The translations under genes were made by a program, and so were the position numbers. DNA of 64,000 nt from Candidatus Latescibacterota bacterium (GTDB taxonomy: Bacteria; Krumholzibacteriota; Krumholzibacteriia; WVZY01; JAKEHA01): positions 2,208,001 to 2,272,000 of the forward strand of contig OY970173.1 of NCBI GenBank assembly GCA_963707635.1, in the 5' to 3' direction. The notes beneath the pieces are model-generated. The model did not search any database. It worked only from the letters and a program-made list of their open reading frames with translations, and had not been told where the DNA came from. The stretch's first letter is position 1. Each line of letters begins with the position of its first letter. Positions 57,753 through 64,000 of the stretch are shown here, piece after piece.

Positions 57753-59582
57753 TCAATCGAACAGCGTCCATTCGATACCGTACACGAACGTGGCGGGCGT
57801 CATCAAGTAGTCGCCCTCGGTGCGATACGCTTCGTCGAGAACGTTGAGATACTTCAGATAGAGACGGACGTCGAGCAGCCGTCCCTCCAGGATCAGGTTG
57901 AGCACGTCGAACGACGGCAGTGGGTCGCCGCCGAAGTCCACGCGGTCGTCGACGTGCACGAATTCGGCGCCCCCGTACAGCGCGCTGGTCTTTTCGAACA
58001 TCTCGCCCCCGATGAGCGCGCTCGCCGTGCCCATCAACTCGGGAACCGATGCAAACGCCTCTTCGCGGTCGCCCGTCGAATAGAGCAACGACGCACCGGC
58101 GCGAACCCGCAAACCGCCCAGCGCGAACTCCGCCCGCGCGCGCTCCTCGACGAAACTCATCGCGCGGCTGTCGCCGGCATTCGCCGCCACCCGCCAGGTC
58201 TCCGACCCGACCGCCCGCGGCCGAAACGCGACCGCGTCCACGCTCCGAATCCACGCCACGCGCACCCGGTTGGTGACCCCGCGTCCCCCGACCTCCCAGT
58301 CCAGGCTCGCCTCCCACGCCGACTCCGGGTCCACACCCGTGTCGCCGGCCAGCGTGCGGCCGTCGCGAACGTGCGGCGGCAGGTAGCGCTCGCCGAGATT
58401 CGGCATTCGAAACGAGCGCCGGGCTGTCACCGTGAATTCGTTCGCCCCGGCGTCGCGTCCGAGCACGGCCGAGGCGCCCCACGCGAACGCGTCGTCGTCT
58501 CCGGCCACCGACGCGTCGGCGGCGAACCAGGTCGCGCGGTCGGCTCGCCAGCGTGCGGCGCCGGTGAGCGTCGCCTGCGTCAACGATGCGTCCACCTCGT
58601 CGCCCACGTCCATGGTGGCGCGCGTGCGCTCGACGCGCGCGACCATCGTCACCCGCGTACCCGGCGTGGCGTCGGCGTCCCAGCCCACGATCCCGCCGAC
58701 GGTCTCGTTGACCGATTGGGAGTCCGGCGCGCTGGCGGTGTACCCGCGGCCGTACGCGGCCACGCGCGCATTCGCGACACGCGTGTCGAGCCACAGCAGG
58801 TGGCCGTCGTGCGTCGCCTGGTTGGTCGCACTCGCGAGATCCCCGGTCGTGTTGCTGCGAAACCGGCGCAGCCCGAACGAATAGCTCGCGTCGTCACCCG
58901 GCGTCCCGCGCAGCACGATCGCCCCGTTGCGCGAGTTGGCCTCCCCGTAGTTCGGCCCATCGGCCACGGTGCCGCTCGCGTCGAACGCGTACCCGTCGTC
59001 CAGCACTTCGTCGTAGGCCAGGTCGAGCCCCACCACGCCCTCCTCGGACGAAAAGCGGACGCGGCGCTGGCGCACGTCGTTGGTGCCCTTCGACAGCTCG
59101 ACGAACGTGTTCGGACGGGATGCCGGCGGCGGCTCCTCCTCCAGCCGGAGGTCTCCCTCCAGCCACGGCGGCGCGGCAAATCGCGCCGCCTCGCCGGCGT
59201 TCAGCCGCCCGAGCCCGCTGGTGGCGGTGTGCGCGAGCGGCGCGAGATCGTTCTGCGGGTCGTTGAGCAGAATCCCGTTCAGGAACAGGCGCGCGCGGCC
59301 GCGGCCGATTCCCCAGCGCGAGTACCACGCGTCGAACCCGATCGGGCCCGGGCGGACGAGGATTCCGCCCGGCTCGGCCTCCAGGAAATTGTCGAGTGAG
59401 AACGCGTGCCGCCGCAGATAGTCGACGCGCGGGATGGTGTCTAGCACGCTGGAGCGGCGGAGCGGGTCGTTCGCACCGGGCGGACCCGCCCCCAGCGACG
59501 CGCGCGTCCACGCCACCGCGGCGAGCACCACCAGGCACGCCACCCGGGCTCGCACCGCCTTGCCACTGACGGGGCGGCTCAT
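57753..59582 (-). CDS. Outer-membrane beta-barrel with TonB-plug-like N-terminus (putative porin/receptor)
   Basis: Signal peptide, plug-like SLDNFLEAEPG...LFLNGILLND, RMPNLGE, C-terminal YGIEWTLFD. ATGA overlap with the upstream gene. Confidence 0.75.
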   Translation of the reverse strand: MSRPVSGKAVRARVACLVVLAAVAWTRASLGAGPPGANDPLRRSSVLDTIPRVDYLRRHAFSLDNFLEAEPGGILVRPGPIGFDAWYSRWGIGRGRARLFLNGILLNDPQNDLAPLAHTATSGLGRLNAGEAARFAAPPWLEGDLRLEEEPPPASRPNTFVELSKGTNDVRQRRVRFSSEEGVVGLDLAYDEVLDDGYAFDASGTVADGPNYGEANSRNGAIVLRGTPGDDASYSFGLRRFRSNTTGDLASATNQATHDGHLLWLDTRVANARVAAYGRGYTASAPDSQSVNETVGGIVGWDADATPGTRVTMVARVERTRATMDVGDEVDASLTQATLTGAARWRADRATWFAADASVAGDDDAFAWGASAVLGRDAGANEFTVTARRSFRMPNLGERYLPPHVRDGRTLAGDTGVDPESAWEASLDWEVGGRGVTNRVRVAWIRSVDAVAFRPRAVGSETWRVAANAGDSRAMSFVEERARAEFALGGLRVRAGASLLYSTGDREEAFASVPELMGTASALIGGEMFEKTSALYGGAEFVHVDDRVDFGGDPLPSFDVLNLILEGRLLDVRLYLKYLNVLDEAYRTEGDYLMTPATFVYGIEWTLFD

Positions 59583-60121
59583 CGGCCCGCGAGCTCGCGA
59601 CGGTGTCGCGCCAGCACGCGCAGCGTGGGCGGGAGCACCGCGCCGAAGAGCACCGCGTTCCACGCCAGCTGCACGGCGGCGAATCCCACTCCACCCCACA
59701 CGTAGGTCCACAGCGGAACCCCGCTCGCGAAGGTCAAGAACGAGACCGTGTTCACGACCAGCTGGTAGACGATCACCGCGCCCGCGCCGGCAACGGCCGA
59801 CAGCGCCGCGGCGGCGGCGCGCGAGCGCAGACCTGCCAGCGCGGGCCCCACAACCGCCCCCGCGCACCCGATGGCCCCGTAGCAGACCATCTGCGCGAGC
59901 CACACGGGTGGCGGCGCGGCGCCCATCAGGTTGAACAGCGAGTGCGCCCCCATGCCGCACGCCCCGACCAGCATCCCCACCCACGGGCCGAGCAGGTAAC
60001 CGGATACAAAGGAGAGAAAGGTGACCGTTTCGACATTGGGGACAGCCGCCAGGGCTTGACCGGTCGCGAAGATCAGCGCGGTCAGCAGGCTGGCAAGTAG
60101 GGTGACGCGGGTGGCTCTCAT
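59579..60121 (-). CDS. ECF transporter S-component-like membrane protein
   Basis: 180 aa, 5-6 TM segments, VPNVETVT...GYLLGP..G motif; C-terminal part of the 984-aa shadow ORF. Confidence 0.72.
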   Translation of the reverse strand: MRATRVTLLASLLTALIFATGQALAAVPNVETVTFLSFVSGYLLGPWVGMLVGACGMGAHSLFNLMGAAPPPVWLAQMVCYGAIGCAGAVVGPALAGLRSRAAAAALSAVAGAGAVIVYQLVVNTVSFLTFASGVPLWTYVWGGVGFAAVQLAWNAVLFGAVLPPTLRVLARHRRELAGR

Positions 60122-60177
60122 CGCGACGGCGCGCGCGAACGCGCGCTTCGGGATGCTATCGACCACCCCGGTGCCGG

Positions 60178-62658
60178 TCAACGAATAACCGAGAAGCGGC
60201 CGCTGACGCGGCTCGCCCCGCTGGACACGCGCACGAAGTAGATGCCGGAGCTGGGAGGCGTGCGCACGACCACCACGTTGGTGCCGCGCGTGAGCCAGGC
60301 GGAGTCCTCGGCCACGCGCCGGCCCGCCACGTCGTAGACCTCGATCGACGCGCGTGTATCCCCGGGTGACTCCACCACCAGCCGGGCAGCGTCGCGCGCG
60401 GGGTTGGGGTAGATGCGATCGAGCCGGAGTGCAACCGCCGGTGTGCTCGCGCGCACCGTCTCTTCCCACAGCACGCGGGCGTTGGTCTCGTCGGTCAGGC
60501 GATACACGGCGGCGGCGACCGGCATGCGGTCGCGCGCTGAAAATCGCCACTCGCCCGCGACGCTGTCCAGCGCGAGGGTCACCGGCGCAACGCCGGCGGC
60601 GTCGATGCGCGAAAGCGAAAGCGTTTCGTGTTCGTAGTTCGCCAGCGCGCCCTGGATCACCACCTCGTCCCCGTCGATCGCCACGCTCGCGTTCGTCACC
60701 CACAGCGGGGTGAGATCGACGTCGAACAGCGCGATGATGTCGCCGATATAAGCGGTCCGCGTGCTGCCGCCGACACCGGTCGACCCCCCGAGGAGCACGG
60801 TGCTCATCACGAGCGCCGACGCGCCGGTCACGTTCGCGGTGGCGCGAACCGTCCCCGTCCCATCCTCGAGCAGCGCGGACGCGCTGCCGGGAATGAGCAC
60901 ACCCACCAGGCTGTCCGGGTTCCCCGGGTCGTAGGAAAAGGCATGATCGCCGGCGAGGCCGACCGTGCTCCACGAGGAGAGATTTCCCGTCGCGGCGCCG
61001 GGCGCGAACTGGACCCCGAACCGGTCCCAGAACGCCTGCTGCACCGGGTCGCCCGCGGCCAGCAGCCCGCCGAGGCGGCTCCCTTCCACGTACACGTCCC
61101 CGCCCGTGTCGATGAATCCCATGAGGGCCTGCAGCACGTCGGTCGACAGCGTGACGCCGGCGTCGTCGAAGCCGCCGACCACGAACACGCCCACGCATCC
61201 GCCGAGGCCCTCCGGAATCGTGTCGCTCACGACCACCGTCGCGCCGTTTTCGCGCAACGCGCCGGCGATCGGAGCTTCTTCGCCGTCGCGCGCCGCGAAC
61301 TCGTCGCCGACCCCGTCGAACGGGGCGCGGCACCCGTCCCGGTCCAGAACCAGCACCCACGCGCCCGGCGGAACCGGCGACCGTTCGAAGTCCGCACCCA
61401 GCGCGAACAGATTCGAGCTCGCCCCCTTGCTCACCTGATACACGACCAGCATCGAGTCGCACTGGCCCCAGTCGGCGATGGTGAGCGTGTCCTCGGGCGA
61501 AAGCGCGGGATACGACGTCGTGGCGGTGGTGCGGGACGCTCCCCGGAAGCGCATCACCGTGACCATCGAGGTCGCGAAGGGGTCGGGCACGACGCGCAAC
61601 CGCATCGCGTCGGTGTGGCCGTCGCCGTCGAAAAAGAAATAGTTCGCCCCCAGTTCGGCGGGGGGTTGACCGGAGAGATGGAGCTGGAACGGGTAACAGT
61701 CGCTGCGCTTCTCGCACGTGACCTCGCGGTAGGTCGCGCCGCGCGCATAGTGCGCGCCGTCGTCGCGTCTCCCCGTGAAGTAGTTGAACGTCCCGAATTC
61801 GACGAACTCCTCCAGGAAGGAGGTGTGGGCGGTCGCGGCCAGTGCCCCGTCGAATGCCTGCTGCGGGTTCGGGCCCGGGACGGCGGCGCCGTGCACCAGC
61901 GCCTCGCGCAGGATGGCGTCCCCGTGGCGCTCGGCCATGAAGATGGCCCACGGCGAGTTGGTGTAGAACTGGCTGAAGAGCCCGCGCCAGGGCCAGCGGA
62001 AGAACAGCTGCAGCGTCGCGATGTTCAGATGATAGTTGTACACCCGATCTTCCACCCAGGTGGACAGCATCTCCAGCATGCTGACACTCTCGTCGCGGTC
62101 GTAGCCCACCTGGATCACGTGATAGAACTCGTGGGCCGCGACGATGCGGCGACGCTCGACCCCCAGCGTGTCGAGGACCTCGACCCACGCCGTGGCGGAA
62201 TTCGCGTATGGAGCGCCGGTGACGGTTTCGATGACCGTGCGCCCGTAGATGCCGGATCCGATCTGTTCGGGCGTGCGCAGGTAGATGTCGGTACGCGCGT
62301 CGCCGCCCTCGGCCCCGTCCGAAGGAGGAACGAGGTGGCCGATGGTGTCGACCAGCACGCGGTATGTCAGTTCCGACGCGTCGCTGATGTCCTGAGCGTA
62401 GGCGGCGAGACCCGGGACGCTGTAGTGGACCAGAAAGTGGGTGGAGGCAATCGTGTTCGGGCCGGGGACCGGACGCACCAGCACCGTCGTGGAGGTCTTG
62501 AGCGCCGCCCCGAGCCCCTGCGCGAACCCGCACTGCGACTCCTGTCCCGGCAACGGAGTCAAAGGCGACTCGCCGTACCCGGCTGCCTGCGCCGGCCGCA
62601 CGAAATCGGTGCCGGGGAACATGGCGGCCAGCATCAGCGCGGTCAGCAGGTGTCGCAT
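60178..62658 (-). CDS. Secreted zinc metallopeptidase with T9SS type-A/FlgD-Ig-like C-terminal domain
   Basis: Signal peptide, HFLVHY, AAHEFYHVIQ (HExxH), E...TWVED; C-terminal YPNPAR..IEVYDVAGRRV..SGIYFVRV. Confidence 0.85.
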   Translation of the reverse strand: MRHLLTALMLAAMFPGTDFVRPAQAAGYGESPLTPLPGQESQCGFAQGLGAALKTSTTVLVRPVPGPNTIASTHFLVHYSVPGLAAYAQDISDASELTYRVLVDTIGHLVPPSDGAEGGDARTDIYLRTPEQIGSGIYGRTVIETVTGAPYANSATAWVEVLDTLGVERRRIVAAHEFYHVIQVGYDRDESVSMLEMLSTWVEDRVYNYHLNIATLQLFFRWPWRGLFSQFYTNSPWAIFMAERHGDAILREALVHGAAVPGPNPQQAFDGALAATAHTSFLEEFVEFGTFNYFTGRRDDGAHYARGATYREVTCEKRSDCYPFQLHLSGQPPAELGANYFFFDGDGHTDAMRLRVVPDPFATSMVTVMRFRGASRTTATTSYPALSPEDTLTIADWGQCDSMLVVYQVSKGASSNLFALGADFERSPVPPGAWVLVLDRDGCRAPFDGVGDEFAARDGEEAPIAGALRENGATVVVSDTIPEGLGGCVGVFVVGGFDDAGVTLSTDVLQALMGFIDTGGDVYVEGSRLGGLLAAGDPVQQAFWDRFGVQFAPGAATGNLSSWSTVGLAGDHAFSYDPGNPDSLVGVLIPGSASALLEDGTGTVRATANVTGASALVMSTVLLGGSTGVGGSTRTAYIGDIIALFDVDLTPLWVTNASVAIDGDEVVIQGALANYEHETLSLSRIDAAGVAPVTLALDSVAGEWRFSARDRMPVAAAVYRLTDETNARVLWEETVRASTPAVALRLDRIYPNPARDAARLVVESPGDTRASIEVYDVAGRRVAEDSAWLTRGTNVVVVRTPPSSGIYFVRVSSGASRVSGRFSVIR

Positions 62659-62769
62659 ACTGGACTACGAGGGGCGGGTGCCGTTTCGGGCACCCGTGGG
62701 GGGCGGCGGGGCCGTCATCGACAATAATACGGGGGTGCGCAGCGCGCCGTAAAGACGAATCTGGGGCGG

Positions 62770-64000
62770 TCAGGAGCCGTTCGAAAGTTTGCGGATCTTG
62801 TCGGCAACCTCACGGAAGGTGACGTCCACCACGTAGACGTCCTCGAAGAACCGGCGCGCGTTGTCGGCGTCCCCCGCCATTTCGTACGCGAGGGCGAGGT
62901 TGTACTTGATGCCGAGCGAATCCTCCGTTTCGGCACCGATCAGCGACAGCCCCTTGCTCAACTGACGAATCGCGAGCTGCGCCTGGTTCTGTTTGACGAA
63001 GCACAGGCCGATCATCTCCAGGCACTTCACCTGGTACTGGGGCGAACGGGACGCCATCTGGTACTCGCGGATCGCTTCGGACAGGAGATCCATTTCGAGA
63101 TACGCCATGCCGAGATCGTAGTGGCTGCGATAGTCCGCTTCCGTGTCGCCGCTCCCTCCGTCGTCGTCGAGCAACGCCGAGATCTGCATCTCTGCGCCAC
63201 CGCCCGACGAGGAGCCGGTGTCGCGCCTGGGTGCCGCCCGCTCGGGGGCCGCAGTCGCACGCGTCTCCGTCGCGACCGTGACTTCGTCGGCGGCGTCGTC
63301 CTCCTCCGCCGCCGGCGCGGCGGGAGGCGCGGTCGCCGGCGCGGGGGGCGCGGCGGTACTCGCGGCTGCCGGCGACGGCGGCTCCGCCTTCGCCGCGGCG
63401 GCCGCCGGACGGGGCTCGGCCGACCCGCGCGCGAGCCGAAGGAGATAGAGGTCGCGTTCCGAGGGGCCGTCGGGGGCCGCACCGGCGGGCTGTGGAGCCG
63501 GTGCGGCCGAGGTCGACGACGGCTGGAAACGCGGCGTGGATTCGATTTCGATGCGCTCGCCCTGCGAGTGCGCCTGGGTCCAGATGTTCGCCTCGGTGAT
63601 GACGGCTCCGTCGCGGCCGTTGTCCTTCCCGCGCGCGGAGAGGATGGCGTCCAGCTGCTGACCGAAGCCGAGACGGTCGATCATCGCGCGGGTGGCCTCG
63701 ATGCCGCCCGCGTCGCGGAGCTTCTCGTTGAGGTGGTAGAGCGTCATCAGGATTTTGCCCGCCTCCTCGTTGAGGCCGTAGCCCACGAGTGCCTGCGCGA
63801 GCCGCTGCAGCACCGCCGGAGAGTCCTTCATCTCCTCGGCGATCGGGACGGCCAGGCGCGCGAATTCTGCCGGATCGAAACTACTCCCGGCCTTGTCGAG
63901 GAACTGGAGATAGTACGACTCCGCTTCTTTCCCCAGCCCCTGGCGGGCGCGGACGTAACCGAGCTTGGTGAACACTTCGACGCGCGCCGGGAGCACGCGC
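62770..64000 (-). CDS. Large TPR protein, 5' end outside the window (SgmX-like C-terminus)
   Basis: Pro/Ala linker followed by HYDLGMAYLEMDL..EAI.EYQ, MIGLCF, KYNLALAYE, D.TFREV TPR block. Confidence 0.8.
   Translation of the reverse strand, partial: RVLPARVEVFTKLGYVRARQGLGKEAESYYLQFLDKAGSSFDPAEFARLAVPIAEEMKDSPAVLQRLAQALVGYGLNEEAGKILMTLYHLNEKLRDAGGIEATRAMIDRLGFGQQLDAILSARGKDNGRDGAVITEANIWTQAHSQGERIEIESTPRFQPSSTSAAPAPQPAGAAPDGPSERDLYLLRLARGSAEPRPAAAAAKAEPPSPAAASTAAPPAPATAPPAAPAAEEDDAADEVTVATETRATAAPERAAPRRDTGSSSGGGAEMQISALLDDDGGSGDTEADYRSHYDLGMAYLEMDLLSEAIREYQMASRSPQYQVKCLEMIGLCFVKQNQAQLAIRQLSKGLSLIGAETEDSLGIKYNLALAYEMAGDADNARRFFEDVYVVDVTFREVADKIRKLSNGS

Noticed and set aside
60122..60177. 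Cobalamin riboswitch upstream of the S-component gene
   Set aside because: The spacer is only about 56 nt and has no B12-box motifs.
59579..62533. 984-aa fusion of an Arg-rich region with the membrane protein
   Set aside because: The N-terminal ~800 aa is an alternate-frame shadow of the metalloprotease; only 59579-60121 looks coding.
1..64000. tRNA, rRNA, CRISPR array, IS or prophage
   Set aside because: No cloverleaf, repeat-spacer array, transposase, integrase or phage gene was recognised by eye; nearly all of the sequence is explained by coding genes.

Overview
High-GC bacterial chromosomal window with almost every gene on the minus strand. The organism is a diderm LPS producer (split rfaE1/rfaE2, LpxL-type acyltransferase, beta-barrel proteins). 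A T9SS-type C-terminal domain and TWGxIKxLY-tailed secreted proteins suggest an FCB-group candidate phylum such as Krumholzibacteriota, Latescibacterota or Eisenbacteria (inference). The left half is housekeeping: rimO, ftsK, efp-accB-(PilT/PilU paralog)-accC, an ECF sigma/anti-sigma pair, yceD-rpmF-plsX-fabH-fabD-fabG-acpP-fabF-rnc, sucCD-ndk, a cDPG-synthetase-like gene, and rsmD-coaD-obgE-dprA. The right half holds a complete ~23 kb Myxococcus/Geobacter-style type IVa pilus cluster (comEA, pilB-T-C-S-R-A, ABC/TPR accessory genes, pilD, pilMNOPQ, fimT-pilV-pilW-pilX-pilY1). Beyond it lie a plug/porin gene, an ECF S-component, a secreted metalloprotease and a TPR protein. Most notable observations: (1) a tandemly duplicated promoter-gene-hairpin unit encoding secreted proteins that end in a short TWG-x-I/V-K-ALYK tail, a candidate protein-sorting signal; (2) five sigma54 promoters, three with a helically phased TGCA-N3-TGCA-like upstream site (candidate PilR regulon); (3) a CxxCH lipoprotein coupled to a FadL-like barrel; (4) single-base frameshifts in ftsK and pilY1 that are probably assembly errors. 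No tRNA, rRNA, CRISPR array or mobile element was recognised. Family assignments come from motif recognition by eye, not database searches.
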